From Candidatus Babelota bacterium (GTDB lineage Bacteria; Babelota; Babeliae; Babelales; JACPOV01): a DNA stretch of 64,000 bases. The stretch is taken from assembly GCA_016191325.1 (NCBI GenBank), contig JACPOV010000008.1:578900-642899 (forward strand), given 5' to 3'. Below the pieces are notes generated by a model. The model saw only the letters and a program-made list of their open reading frames with translations, made no database searches and was not told the origin of the DNA. Shown here piece by piece: positions 52,886 to 63,608 of the stretch (position 1 is its first letter; each line of letters opens with the position of its first letter). The position numbers and the translations under genes are program-made.

Positions 52886-55434
52886 TTGGCTACTACGTTG
52901 CCATTTGAGCGTTTCCAATAATACGCGCATTTGACAATATCGGTCGTTATAAAATAAATAATAGATAAAATAATAATTATGAAAAAATGGTACGGCTCAA
53001 GCTTTGTAAACAATAAGAGACGTCGCGTTAACGGTATAAATGGAAGTGCTAAAGTTATCGTGCCGGAAAACAACACAAGCGCAACGAGTATAGAAGATGG
53101 GCGATGCGCTCGATAGAAAGGCCCTTCAGTTCTTATCGAAAAAATAAATAATAATTCTGTTAAAATGCTTAAACAAAACCAACCCGTTTGCAATACACTC
53201 TGTTCATATCTTTTAAAAATTGAAAAATAAATTAAATCAAAAACGGTACTAACCATACTTAAAATAACAATAGGCGCAAGAATATCACCCGTCTGATAAC
53301 TAACCGGTTTTTGTATTTGTTTTGGATCGACAGCGTCGGTAGAAATCGCAATCATTGGCAAATCGCTCATCACGTTGAGAATCAATAGCTGCATTGGCAA
53401 CATTGGTAAATAATCGATCAGGAGAGTCGCAATCGCAAGTGAATAAAAATTTCCAAAATTAGTAGATAACGCTGTTTTAATATATTTGAAGGTGTTTGCA
53501 AAAATAATACGGCCTTCTTCAACACCATTCACAATAACAAGCAAGCTTTTCTTTAACAATATCACATCTGCTGCATCGCGCGCACTGTCAACTGCATCTT
53601 GCACCGCAACTGACACATCCGCAATTTTTAAAGCGGGCCCATCATTGATACCATCGCCCATATAACCAACTTCATAGCGTGTCTGTAAAATTTTAATTAT
53701 CTCTAATTTTTGCTCCGGAAGCACTCGCGCAAACGCATTATATTTAAAGCACAGCGCGTGTTTCTCTTCAGGAGATTTATTTATCAATTCTGGCCCAGTT
53801 ATTACTTCTGTCGCATCGCTGATAAGCCCAATTTGTTGGCATACTGCACCAACAACTTCCTTTATGTCGCCGCTCAGCACTTTTATTTGAATTCCTAATT
53901 TCTGTGCCTTATCAACCGCCTCATGGGCAGTATTTTTTATGGGATCAGCAAAGGAGATCCCTCCCAAAAATTCAAAATTATTTTCAGGAATATCCCTTAA
54001 AGATGTAATATTTTTTTCTGCCGTTTTCCTTGCAACTGCAAGTACTCTTCTTCCTAATAAACCTTCATGGCCAGACCATTCAAGAAATGATTTAAGCCAT
54101 TCCTTATCAGGAATGGCACAGTGCGAAATAATTTCGTCAACCATGCCACGCTCGATAATTTCTGTGTCCGTTCCGTGTTGAACAACAACCATATTTCTTT
54201 TGGTTTGCGGATCAAATGGTATTTCTCCGATTTTTTTATACTCTGTAAGTTTTTTTGTTTCTGGGCCGACAGCATTCCACAATACATGATCAAATCCTTT
54301 AGTTGCATAGGCAATTGCATCATACGTATTTTCCGCCGCAAGCAATGCGCTCCAAAGAAGCTGTTTTTCATCGCGCGCGTATACGCCTACCATTGTTAAT
54401 GAATTTTCTGTAAGAGTTCCCGTTTTATCGGTGCAAATCAATTGAACACTTCCTAGATCTTCAATTGCAGAAAGTCGTTTCACAACCACTTTCTTTTTTG
54501 CAAGACGAGAAACACCTTGAGATAGTGAAAACGTAACGACGACAGGCAATGCTTCAGGTATTACGGTAATAGCAAGCGCTAATGAAAATATAAAAAGATC
54601 AAAAATATTTACACGGCCCGCTTTTAATAAGACATTAACTGCAAAAACACAAATGAGAGTGGTAAGCACAAGAATAATAATAATATTGCCAAGGCGCCCC
54701 ACTTTTTTTGCAAAACTACTTTCTCGCATGGTAGCGATTGTTAAATAAACAAGTTCTCCCATTTGCGTCGAACTTCCGGTCGCAAATACAACGCCTACCG
54801 CTTTTCCACTCGTAATTAATGTGCCGGTAAAAAGAATATTTTCTGCTTGCGTTGGTTGATTAATGGGGCCTTTAAGAATTTCTGCTCGCTTACTGACCGG
54901 AAGCGATTCACCTGTTAATACTGATTCATCAACTTGAACATTTTCTGCCATGATCAAACGAATATCGGCCGGCACTCGGTCACCAGGAAATAAAAGAACT
55001 ATATCGCCCGGCACCATTTGGTCACTTGATACTTCAAACTCTTTGCCGTCGCGAATCACTCGCTCACGATGCACTAAATATTTCTTGAGTAAACTGAGTT
55101 GATGTTCCGCATGATATTCTTGGTAAAAACCAACTACTACATTAATAGTAATAAACAGTAAGATGACAATCCCGTCGTACCATTCCTGAACAGCCAATGC
55201 GATAAGGGCAACAATCGCAAGCAAATAAAAAAACGGAGATTTGAGTTGCCCAAGAATAATATGCAGCGCATTTCGATCATGTTCTTGAATATAATTTTGG
55301 CCGTATTGCTGTTGCCGTTGCTTAATTTGGGATGTTCTTAAACCAGTGTCGATCGATGTTTCTAGTTTTTTTAATATTTGATCAAGAGGAGTTGTAGCAT
55401 AAAAAGTAAATAAGGAAGAAGGGGCTTCATTCAT
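52882..55434 (-). CDS. cation-transporting P-type ATPase (type II/III, MgtA/PMA-like)
   Basis: TGES (LTGESLPVSK), phosphorylation site CTDKTGTLTEN, hinge MGDGINDGPALK and about 10 TM helices. Confidence 0.9.
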   Translation of the reverse strand: MNEAPSSLFTFYATTPLDQILKKLETSIDTGLRTSQIKQRQQQYGQNYIQEHDRNALHIILGQLKSPFFYLLAIVALIALAVQEWYDGIVILLFITINVVVGFYQEYHAEHQLSLLKKYLVHRERVIRDGKEFEVSSDQMVPGDIVLLFPGDRVPADIRLIMAENVQVDESVLTGESLPVSKRAEILKGPINQPTQAENILFTGTLITSGKAVGVVFATGSSTQMGELVYLTIATMRESSFAKKVGRLGNIIIILVLTTLICVFAVNVLLKAGRVNIFDLFIFSLALAITVIPEALPVVVTFSLSQGVSRLAKKKVVVKRLSAIEDLGSVQLICTDKTGTLTENSLTMVGVYARDEKQLLWSALLAAENTYDAIAYATKGFDHVLWNAVGPETKKLTEYKKIGEIPFDPQTKRNMVVVQHGTDTEIIERGMVDEIISHCAIPDKEWLKSFLEWSGHEGLLGRRVLAVARKTAEKNITSLRDIPENNFEFLGGISFADPIKNTAHEAVDKAQKLGIQIKVLSGDIKEVVGAVCQQIGLISDATEVITGPELINKSPEEKHALCFKYNAFARVLPEQKLEIIKILQTRYEVGYMGDGINDGPALKIADVSVAVQDAVDSARDAADVILLKKSLLVIVNGVEEGRIIFANTFKYIKTALSTNFGNFYSLAIATLLIDYLPMLPMQLLILNVMSDLPMIAISTDAVDPKQIQKPVSYQTGDILAPIVILSMVSTVFDLIYFSIFKRYEQSVLQTGWFCLSILTELLFIFSIRTEGPFYRAHRPSSILVALVLFSGTITLALPFIPLTRRLLLFTKLEPYHFFIIIILSIIYFITTDIVKCAYYWKRSNGNVVAK

Positions 55435-55461
55435 AAAAATCCTTTTTATTAAGTGCTTCTT

Positions 55462-56163
55462 TTAGTATTCGTTTTTATGCGGCGCCTTCTTTAATACATC
55501 TTGCACAACATCGTTCATTTGAGAAACAATTTCATTTGGAGTGCTTTGCGATGAATCAATAATATATGCGCCATCTGGCACTACGAGTGGCGCTATTTGT
55601 CTACTTGTATCTCTCTTATCTCGTTCTTCGATCATTTTCTTTACGTGTTCAATCTCAACCGGATTTCCACGCGCGAGTTGTTCTTTGCTCCAACGATGTG
55701 CCCGTACTTCTGCTTGCGCTGTTAAAAAAAATTTAACCAGCGCTTGAGGAAAAACTACAGAACCGCAATCGCGTCCCTCAACCACAACATTTTCATTGCG
55801 CACTAATAATCGTTGCAATTGTGAAACCGCTATACGCACATCTTCATTTTTTGCTATGATTGATGCCAATTGATCCAATTGCGCGTCTTTTAGAAATTGC
55901 GTAATTTCTTTACCATCAAAAACCGCAACACCACCAGAATTATTCAATGTATAAGAAAAGCGGTTACCAAAAGCTTCTTGTATATCTGCTAGCTGAATGT
56001 CTTCAATCTGTTGCGGGGAATAGCCCAACGAATGGGTGAGGATATAAGCCAGCGCACGAAATAAAAATCCACTGCTCAAGCAGTTCCATCCAAGCCGCTC
56101 AGCTAATCCTTTTGCAATAGTCGATTTTCCACTTGCTGTTGGACCATCAATCGTAATAATCAT
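55462..56163 (-). CDS. cmk: cytidylate kinase
   Basis: ITIDGPTASGKSTIAKGLA P-loop. VVEGRDCGSVVFP is typical of Cmk. Confidence 0.9.
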   Translation of the reverse strand: MIITIDGPTASGKSTIAKGLAERLGWNCLSSGFLFRALAYILTHSLGYSPQQIEDIQLADIQEAFGNRFSYTLNNSGGVAVFDGKEITQFLKDAQLDQLASIIAKNEDVRIAVSQLQRLLVRNENVVVEGRDCGSVVFPQALVKFFLTAQAEVRAHRWSKEQLARGNPVEIEHVKKMIEERDKRDTSRQIAPLVVPDGAYIIDSSQSTPNEIVSQMNDVVQDVLKKAPHKNEY

Positions 56164-57897
56164 TCATTCTCCTTGTGATCGCTTGCAATCAATACCCTGA
56201 AGTTCTATAGAAACTTTACCGTTCCAATTATTTTCTGAAATATGGGCTATCATATCAAATTGTTCATCTTGATAGTTATTAAATAAATCAAAAAGATCTG
56301 GGCGATTAAAAAAGATAATCGGTTTAGTGACCCCATCTGCAAAGATTAAACATTTAACATGCACATCTTTTAAAAGTGTTGGTGGCTGCAAAAGCGTAAT
56401 ACGCTCAATATAAAATACCGGCTCAGGATTTTCATTACCAAACGGCTCAAAATAAGAAAGATCGTTCGTTATTTTTTTTGTTAAATCTCCCAAACGAAGC
56501 GTAGCATCAACGCTCTTTTGAGGAATAAGATCTTCAGGCGTTAATTGCACAGCGATTAATTTCTCGAGTCGCTCTTTGAGCTCTGGTACTTTTTCGACTT
56601 TAAGAGAAAGGCCTGCGGCAACCGCGTGCCCACCAAACGTAATAAGTAAATCTTTACATTCGGATAACGCATTAAACATATTGAACGCTGCTACTGATCG
56701 GCATGATCCTTTTGCAATACCATCTTTGGTTACATGGAGTAGAATTGCTGGCCGATTATAGGCTCCCACTAATCGTGAAGCAACCAAACCAATAATCCCT
56801 GCGGGCCATTGATCACTGGCAGCAATAATAACCGATTCTTTTTCTAGATCGATACGCTTTTGCTCAATCTCATGAACAACATCTGAAAGAACCGCTCGCT
56901 CGATTTGCCTGCGCGCCTGGTTCAACTCTGCAAGAATGGCGCCCACGTGTTCAGTTTCCCGTTCATCTGAACCGATGAGAAACTTAACTCCCTGACGCGG
57001 ATCTTCAAGGCGGCCTAACGCATTAATTTGCGGCGCAAGCGCATATCCAATATCGGATGCACCAATAGTTTCTTTAGTTATTTTGCCATTTGTTTTGAGC
57101 ACCGTAAGCGCATAGCTATGCGATTTATTTACACGATTCAAACAATGGCGAACCCAGAAACGGTTTTCTCCTGTTAGAGGAACGACGTCCGCTACGGTGC
57201 CTAACAATAAAAGTTCATATACCTTATCGGGTAATTCTTTATTCAATTGTTCATACAACAAGCTCATTAATTTAAATGAAACACCAACCCCTGCAAATAA
57301 TTTGAATGGATAATCGCACGCTTGCTGATGCGGATTTACTAATGCATACGATTCTGGCAATTGATCATGAGGACGGTGATGATCAGTAATAATTAAATCG
57401 ATGCCAAGTTCTTTTGCTTTGAGTGCAGGCTCAAACGCCGTTACACCATTATCCACGGTAATTATCAGCGAATAACCATTTTGTGCAGCTCGCTCAACTA
57501 CTCGAGTTGAAAGGCCATATCCATCTCGCGCTCGATTTGGGAGGAAAAAATTAATATCTGCGTTGAGAGGAACCATGCAAAGCATTATTAATGCGCTCGA
57601 GGTTATACCATCAACATCGTAATCACCAAAGATGAGTATTTTTTCGTTTCGCTCAATAGCAAGCCGTATTCTTTCTATCGCTTTTTGCGCATCTTTTAAG
57701 CGAGAAGGATGAGCAACATCTCGTTCTTGCACACTAAAAAGATACCGGTCTATTTCTTCTTTGGTAAGAAGCCCGCGCGCAAGCAATGTAGCCGCTAAGG
57801 GCAACGAAATATTATATGAACTGGCAATATGCAGTGCCTCGCTTGGTTGAACCGACGGCATAACCCACCGATATTTCAAGCCCTGAAGAATAGTCAT
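56164..57897 (-). CDS. recJ: single-stranded-DNA-specific exonuclease RecJ
   Basis: DHH motifs IFGDYDVDGITS, ITVDNG and ITDHH, plus the DHHA1 region (GGHAVAAG). ATG 57897 (MTILQGLKYRW) is preferred over the track start 57957. Confidence 0.9.
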   Translation of the reverse strand: MTILQGLKYRWVMPSVQPSEALHIASSYNISLPLAATLLARGLLTKEEIDRYLFSVQERDVAHPSRLKDAQKAIERIRLAIERNEKILIFGDYDVDGITSSALIMLCMVPLNADINFFLPNRARDGYGLSTRVVERAAQNGYSLIITVDNGVTAFEPALKAKELGIDLIITDHHRPHDQLPESYALVNPHQQACDYPFKLFAGVGVSFKLMSLLYEQLNKELPDKVYELLLLGTVADVVPLTGENRFWVRHCLNRVNKSHSYALTVLKTNGKITKETIGASDIGYALAPQINALGRLEDPRQGVKFLIGSDERETEHVGAILAELNQARRQIERAVLSDVVHEIEQKRIDLEKESVIIAASDQWPAGIIGLVASRLVGAYNRPAILLHVTKDGIAKGSCRSVAAFNMFNALSECKDLLITFGGHAVAAGLSLKVEKVPELKERLEKLIAVQLTPEDLIPQKSVDATLRLGDLTKKITNDLSYFEPFGNENPEPVFYIERITLLQPPTLLKDVHVKCLIFADGVTKPIIFFNRPDLFDLFNNYQDEQFDMIAHISENNWNGKVSIELQGIDCKRSQGE

Positions 57898-58043
57898 CGT
57901 CGATCCTGCAAAAAACACTTTACGAGCTGAATTCAGATCCAGTGAACTGATGCACACTGAACGCGGGCGGCTATCGGTAAACAGAAGGCGTACCGGCCAC
58001 TATTTTTGAAGTATGCTTCTTTTTAGAATAAATGAAAAGAAGT

Positions 58044-58080
58044 GATATCAAGTGCAATCAAATTGACCGCACTTGATATC
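58044..58080 (-). terminator. candidate terminator after the phospholipase gene
   Basis: 12-bp stem gatatcaagtgc / gcacttgatatc directly downstream of stop 58089 on the minus strand, with a T-rich tail. Confidence 0.5.
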
Positions 58081-58088
58081 TGAATCTT

Positions 58089-60014
58089 TCAACCACCAAT
58101 TTCAAGTTCTTGCTTGAACACAATATCGTTTACTATCTGTTTGATCTCGTGCTTGTACGCTTTGACAATAAGTTCCGATACGCCGGTAAGCTGATTAAAT
58201 TGCTCAATGTTGTACGCGAAATTGAACGTGCCGCAAAAATCACTCTCAACACATTTTTCCATAGAAAAATTTGAAAGCTGATGTTTCTCAATCAATTCAC
58301 GTAGCTCAGGAATTGTGGACGCTTTTTTAATAAATTCTGGATTGGGGAAAAAGTGGAAATAAACAATAAGCGGGGAAATGTCGTCTTCCGGCGCTGTGCG
58401 ATAAACTTGAAACAGATCGCCACTGATGAGAGGAACTTTTTCATATTTTACTTTATAAACACGTTCAATATCGCTCAACATTTTAGTAAGTTCGCCTCCA
58501 GCTATCGCATCGCTTGAGGCATCTCCAATAAATATAAGTTTAACATTTCGATCTTGCCTCAATAGTGGCCGGATTGGAATGTTATAATCAATACCTGCAT
58601 CAACAAACGTAATTTGCTCACGAGCTTGGAGCCACGAACTTCCTTTATCGTATCCTTTGAACGGATTGCGCACTTGGCCCGGTGCAATTCTTCTTGTGCC
58701 TATGCGCGAATCGCTCAATCCATTAATAACTATTTTAGTAATACCAACGGCAATCGCATCGAAGCTGATGGTTTTGAAAGGATTTTCTATCCCTCCAAAA
58801 ATAATATTACTCGCTTCTATTTCTTCCGCTTGCGTTACAGGCCCGGCGCTCGTGTTAATAATACTGCGCATATCTTGCAAGTTAATCGTATAAGCTGAAC
58901 CGAAAATCCCCATCTGAAAACCAAAACTTTGCTCCGGAGCAAAATCGACCGATTTACCATTTTCAAATCGGCGACCGAACGCAAAAGAAGGAATCGCTAA
59001 TCCAGTTTCTAAATTTCGCACTTCTTCTGGTGTAAATTCATACCAGTTATATTGATATAATCCTTCATTATCTTTTGCCATAGAAACGGCAGTATAAAGC
59101 GGCCAAGGATTATTTCCTTGTTGCACACTAAACCATTGGTTTGAAAGATGCTGGCGCTGCTGCATATCGCCAAAGTCAGAAAGCAATGCATGCGCAAGAA
59201 GTGCGCCATATAAATCAACAGAGCTCACCACTTGCCCAAATACAACCTTGGGAAAAATAACATCATTTGCAAGGCGCAAGAAACTCAACGAATTTCTATT
59301 TCCGCTTCCTTTTAAATCGAAGGTATCCGCCTTAATTTTATCACGCAGCTTTTGGTTAAATTCATCGATCGAAACAAACTTATTATTATTTGGCTGTTGC
59401 ATTAAAGTCCATGGGCCGATATACCACGTTGATCCTGAAAGTGCAGAAACATAGGTGAGTGCATCAAGCAACCCCAAGTCTTGCAACCCTTTCATAAAAC
59501 CTGCGGTGATCACCATCGATCGATAACCGCCACCGCTAAAAGCGCACGCTATTTTAGGCACGGCGTCGATCGGAATTGAATAAGAACCAAGAAAATTCTG
59601 AAGAGCCGTTTGAACTTTTCTTGTACGTTTTACTAAAAATTCGCCTTCTAGTGATTGCCCCGGCTTGAGAATTTTATTTTCATTGGCGACTTGTGCAACA
59701 CTATTTTTATAAGGGCTTTTTGATGACAGTAATTGAATAACGTAATCTTTTACAGCAGGCAATCCATATTTTGTGCCCAACTCATAAAAACTAATCTCTT
59801 GGATTTTCTTTTTTGCAAAGTTAACCGATACGGTTAACATATCTTCGAGCCGCGCATCTCTTAATTCTTTCTCAATCTCTTGAGAAAGTTCCTTAACGGT
59901 TTCGTTTAAACCTTGTTGGATCGATTTGCGTTCTGTTATTTCCGACATGCCAGCAAGAATAACAAGCCCAATTAAAATAGCAGTGCGCGCTCCATACCCT
60001 ATGTTCTTACTCAT
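58089..60014 (-). CDS. membrane-anchored cPLA2-type (PLA2_B family) phospholipase/lysophospholipase
   Basis: CAFSGGGYRSMVITAGFMKGL and TYVSALSGSTWY match the eukaryotic cPLA2 motifs SGGGFRAM and TYVAGLSGSTWY. The Asp motif FVDAGIDYNIPIRPLL compares with LVDSGLTFNLPYP. An N-terminal hydrophobic anchor is present. Confidence 0.8.
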   Translation of the reverse strand: MSKNIGYGARTAILIGLVILAGMSEITERKSIQQGLNETVKELSQEIEKELRDARLEDMLTVSVNFAKKKIQEISFYELGTKYGLPAVKDYVIQLLSSKSPYKNSVAQVANENKILKPGQSLEGEFLVKRTRKVQTALQNFLGSYSIPIDAVPKIACAFSGGGYRSMVITAGFMKGLQDLGLLDALTYVSALSGSTWYIGPWTLMQQPNNNKFVSIDEFNQKLRDKIKADTFDLKGSGNRNSLSFLRLANDVIFPKVVFGQVVSSVDLYGALLAHALLSDFGDMQQRQHLSNQWFSVQQGNNPWPLYTAVSMAKDNEGLYQYNWYEFTPEEVRNLETGLAIPSFAFGRRFENGKSVDFAPEQSFGFQMGIFGSAYTINLQDMRSIINTSAGPVTQAEEIEASNIIFGGIENPFKTISFDAIAVGITKIVINGLSDSRIGTRRIAPGQVRNPFKGYDKGSSWLQAREQITFVDAGIDYNIPIRPLLRQDRNVKLIFIGDASSDAIAGGELTKMLSDIERVYKVKYEKVPLISGDLFQVYRTAPEDDISPLIVYFHFFPNPEFIKKASTIPELRELIEKHQLSNFSMEKCVESDFCGTFNFAYNIEQFNQLTGVSELIVKAYKHEIKQIVNDIVFKQELEIGG

Positions 60015-60149
60015 AAGCTCTCCCCCGATCTCTTTTTCTAAAACCTACCAGCCTTTATTTATAATAGTCAATAAATCAAGCATGCTCTTATTAGTGAGCA
60101 GAAATCTGTATAATGGGAAAAACTCGCTAGGAAAAAAGGATTATTTATC

Positions 60150-60599
60150 TTGAGCAAAAATCTATTGCCGTTTACACTCGCCTTTCTTTCTGTACATACT
60201 GCAGTTAATAGTTTTGATACTCTCAAGAACGTGTCGCCTAAAGAGATGCAAACAAGTTCAATCGCACCAAAGTATGGAACCGCAGAATCAATCGTGCGCG
60301 CCCAGCTTGATCAACTGGCTGCACAACAAGAATCATTAAAGCAAAGAGCTATTGAATCGCATGAAAAAAGTGAGAAATTCCAAAGGGTACTCGATACGAT
60401 TGATGCAGAACTTCAAGCGGCGATCAAAAAGAAGGTGCTAGAAGAAAAAGAAACGATAGCTAAAATGAACAATCGCATTCCCATTCATCACGAAAGAACA
60501 TCATGCAATTTTTATTCTTTTCTCTACTTTTTTGCACGTTCGGGCAGGTTGTTTATGCCACTTTTCAATTTGAATCGCTATTACCCGTCAAAACGTTAG
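60150..60599 (+). CDS. hypothetical exported coiled-coil protein (TTG start, 3' end uncertain)
   Basis: 149-aa ORF with a signal-like N-terminus. Its last ~30 codons overlap the next ORF's signal peptide in another frame. Confidence 0.3.
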   Translation: MSKNLLPFTLAFLSVHTAVNSFDTLKNVSPKEMQTSSIAPKYGTAESIVRAQLDQLAAQQESLKQRAIESHEKSEKFQRVLDTIDAELQAAIKKKVLEEKETIAKMNNRIPIHHERTSCNFYSFLYFFARSGRLFMPLFNLNRYYPSKR

Positions 60600-60787
60600 A
60601 AAAGAGATCGCAGCTTCTGCCTGCAAAGAAAGAATCAACCAACGATAGAAACTCGATGAATAAAGTAGGTGTTATAACGCTGGCAACCGTTATGTACATA
60701 GATTCATTAAATAAAAAAATAGTAATAACAAGGCAAACGCTGAAAGAGCATTGGTTGATTGCCCAAAAACTAAAATCTAAGCTTTGA
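60503..60787 (+). CDS. hypothetical small exported protein
   Basis: 94-aa ORF with signal-like MQFLFFSLLFCTFGQVVYA. Confidence 0.3.
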   Translation: MQFLFFSLLFCTFGQVVYATFQFESLLPVKTLEKRSQLLPAKKESTNDRNSMNKVGVITLATVMYIDSLNKKIVITRQTLKEHWLIAQKLKSKL

Positions 60788-60934
60788 TATACGAACGAGC
60801 TTTTGAAAAATGCTTCATGTAATATTTCTAAATCTGCACAAGAACCTTTAGAAAGGTAGACAATTTCCCATTTGACAATATGCAATAAGTTGTTATTATG
60901 ACTATGTAATATATATTTAGTCATTAAATGGTTC

Positions 60935-61561
60935 TTGCATATGAATAAAAAAATGGCCTTGCTCCTTTTTTGCATCCTATTGCTTGATTTTTCGATTCAT
61001 ACAAGCGTAATGAAGCTAATTGATCAAATGAAGATGCAAACAAATAGCAATACCGGTTATCAAGGTTATTACAGTCCATTTGAAAAAGACAATCAATTTT
61101 TATTCAAAAATACAGCAACATCAAAAACGTCCGGAAATTTTGCAGAATGTGTAAAAAAAACTGAGCATATAAGCGATCCTAAGTTTGTTAAAATCATAGA
61201 AGATATTCATCACGTCGTAGATCCCCGATTTGAGCTGTATATTCTCGCGTCCAATCTGGATAATACTCGTCGAGCACGTATTATTCCTAAGAATCTTAAT
61301 CAGTTAGATAATGGCCAACTTAGTGAACACCTTGCACGGCAACGTCGAACGTTAATAGTAGATAGTCTGAATATCTTAGAAGGATTGGCATTGGCATCAC
61401 ATGATAGTGAGGTTAATCGGTATCTTTTAGCATGTGAGCACATCGAATTATCAACATCTTATCCAAATATTGCTGCTCGACTTCATTTTCCTCAAAAGAT
61501 TGATCAGTTAAATGATTTCTTAAAACAACTCCGTGCATTAAAAACAGAATTAAATCAATGA
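60935..61561 (+). CDS. hypothetical exported protein
   Basis: 208-aa ORF with signal-like [20 protein letters not shown]. No family recognised. Confidence 0.4.
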   Translation: MHMNKKMALLLFCILLLDFSIHTSVMKLIDQMKMQTNSNTGYQGYYSPFEKDNQFLFKNTATSKTSGNFAECVKKTEHISDPKFVKIIEDIHHVVDPRFELYILASNLDNTRRARIIPKNLNQLDNGQLSEHLARQRRTLIVDSLNILEGLALASHDSEVNRYLLACEHIELSTSYPNIAARLHFPQKIDQLNDFLKQLRALKTELNQ

Positions 61562-62161
61562 TTTATAGGTATCTTCAACAAAATCCCAATTAACTACATT
61601 CCACCATGCAGTAATATAATCGGGCCGTTTGTTTTGGTATTTTAAATAGTACGCATGTTCCCAAACATCAAGCCCAAGTACCGGCACCATATCTTTCATA
61701 ACAGGAGAATCTTGGTTAGGTGTAGAAGTAACTTCTAACTCCCCTTTGTGATTTATCATAAGCCAGGCCCAGCCACTGCCAAATCGTTTTTTTGCAGCAG
61801 TATTAAATTCCTCTTGGAACGCTGCAAAGCTTCCGAATTTTTTTGTAATCGCTTCGCCTGTTTTACCGCGGGGTGTACCACCACCATTTTTTTTCATGAG
61901 ATCCCAAAAAAATGAATGATTTAAATGCCCACCCGCATTATTTCTCACATCTTCTCTAATTGGCGCAGGAATTTCATCTACCTCGAGAATGAGTTCGGCC
62001 AAACTTTTTTTATAAAGTTCCGGATATTGATCGAGCGCTTTATTTAAATTATCCACATACGCCTGATGATGTTTGGTATAATGGATCTCCATCGTTCGCG
62101 CATCAATATAAGGCTCAAGTGCATCGTAGGAATATGGTAACGGGGGCAATGTATATTTCAT
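61550..62161 (-). CDS. Fe/Mn superoxide dismutase
   Basis: [32 protein letters not shown] and [18 protein letters not shown] are canonical Fe/Mn-SOD motifs. Confidence 0.95.
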   Translation of the reverse strand: MKYTLPPLPYSYDALEPYIDARTMEIHYTKHHQAYVDNLNKALDQYPELYKKSLAELILEVDEIPAPIREDVRNNAGGHLNHSFFWDLMKKNGGGTPRGKTGEAITKKFGSFAAFQEEFNTAAKKRFGSGWAWLMINHKGELEVTSTPNQDSPVMKDMVPVLGLDVWEHAYYLKYQNKRPDYITAWWNVVNWDFVEDTYKSLI

Positions 62162-62169
62162 TTTTTTCC

Positions 62170-62460
62170 TCAGTTTAGATAAATAACAAGTTCATCGGGG
62201 CGCGCCATGTGCAATTGCTCGCGGGCAATTTTCTCGCGATTAAAATCGGATGTTTTCCATTCGTTAATCTCTTTGTGCAATACATTAATTTCGCCAAGGC
62301 AGCTATCAACCTGCTGCTGCATCTGTTGTTTTTCTTTTCCTAATCGCTTCAAGGCAGAAATCCCATGCGAGCCGAAAAAATAGAACCCAAGCATTATAAC
62401 AATTTCGCAAGCAAAAAATACACGAAACAACGATTTTCTCATCTGCAAAGACGTTATCAT
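62170..62460 (-). CDS. ftsB: cell division protein FtsB/DivIC family
   Basis: A single N-terminal TM, a coiled coil and the C-terminal [19 protein letters not shown] (septum-formation-initiator pattern). Confidence 0.65.
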   Translation of the reverse strand: MITSLQMRKSLFRVFFACEIVIMLGFYFFGSHGISALKRLGKEKQQMQQQVDSCLGEINVLHKEINEWKTSDFNREKIAREQLHMARPDELVIYLN

Positions 62461-63393
62461 TTATTGCTCCCCTTTTTCTTGAACCATCGGTTCCCGATTA
62501 ATATCACGATGTTTTACCACAAACATTACATTTTCCAACGTCCGTTGAGAAAGTTCATGAATAAAAGCAACTGAACGATGGCGACCGCCGGTACAGCCGA
62601 TCGCAATAGTAATAAAAAAACGGCCTTCTTTATAAGCACGCGCAATTGAATAATCAATAAAATCTATCATGCGCTTCCAATATTCTTGCACTTCCTGCTG
62701 CTCAAGAAAATATGCGCGCAATTCCGCACTTGTTCCATCAAGCGGCCTTAAATGTTCAATAAAATAAGGATTTGGCAATGAGCGAACGTCATATACAAAA
62801 TTGCACTGCGCCGGCACACCGTATTTAAAGCCAAATGATATCGCGTGAACGACAAGAACTGGCGCATCAGCGCGAACAAAATAGGAACGCACAATTGAGC
62901 GCAATTGATGAGGAGTACATTGGTCCGTCTCGACCACAACGTCCGCAATTGCGTTGAGCGGTTTCAATAATTTTTTTTCCTGATCAATTAATTCGCTCAT
63001 CGGAGCATTCGCGCCCAATGGATGTTTCCTGCGCGTTGTTTGATAACGCTTGAGAAGAACAGAAGAACTCGTTGATAAAAAAAATACGGTTAATGGTAAT
63101 CCGTTTTGTTTTGCTTTAAGCAAATTCTCAACAAGCAGTTCAATATTGGTGCCGCCGCGCACATCAACGCCGAGCGCAACGCGCTGGCCATTCACCTGAA
63201 AACGATCAAGCAGTTGAAAGAAATGAGGCAAAAGCTCTATTGGCAAATTGTCTACGCAAAAATAACCAATGTCTTCAAGCGATCGCAATACGGTACTTTT
63301 CCCTGCACCGGAATAACCGGTGACAATAACCATTTCGGTTGATCGTTGATTAACCACAAGTGGCGTTGTTGGAGACTGTGGAGCCACTTCCAT
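62461..63393 (-). CDS. rapZ: RNase adapter / nucleotide-binding protein RapZ (YvcJ family)
   Basis: VIVTGYSGAGKST P-loop, CVDNLP, and C-terminal IGCTGGRHRSV. The start is possibly ATG 63333. Confidence 0.9.
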   Translation of the reverse strand: MEVAPQSPTTPLVVNQRSTEMVIVTGYSGAGKSTVLRSLEDIGYFCVDNLPIELLPHFFQLLDRFQVNGQRVALGVDVRGGTNIELLVENLLKAKQNGLPLTVFFLSTSSSVLLKRYQTTRRKHPLGANAPMSELIDQEKKLLKPLNAIADVVVETDQCTPHQLRSIVRSYFVRADAPVLVVHAISFGFKYGVPAQCNFVYDVRSLPNPYFIEHLRPLDGTSAELRAYFLEQQEVQEYWKRMIDFIDYSIARAYKEGRFFITIAIGCTGGRHRSVAFIHELSQRTLENVMFVVKHRDINREPMVQEKGEQ

Positions 63394-63608
63394 TTTAAGT
63401 TCCTTTGTAAACGATTAAAAATCCTCTTATATTCCAAATGATACCATGTAAGTAAAATTATTAGAAAATAGTTTTTAATTTTTTGCAATAAATGCTCTCC
63501 GTGCAGCCGGTTTTGCAACATGAAAATAAAGAGAATTAGCTCCCTTTCTTTTGGAATATAAAATAGCTATGATTCTTAATAGAAGAGTATTTCACAAAAG
63601 GAGAATTC

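Noticed and set aside
60150-60787. 97-nt overlap of ORFs 60150-60599 and 60503-60787 as a possible programmed frameshift or fusion
   Set aside because: The second ORF starts with its own good signal peptide, and the overlap part of the first ORF looks like out-of-frame noise (CNFYSFLYFFARSGRLF). No slippery site was identified. It is more likely two small genes with a mis-extended first ORF.
60565-60975. 136-aa minus-strand ORF between the hypothetical genes at 60.5-61.0 kb
   Set aside because: It overlaps two plus-strand ORFs that have signal peptides. It has no RBS or motif support, and the coding strand cannot be resolved by eye, so it is left uncalled.
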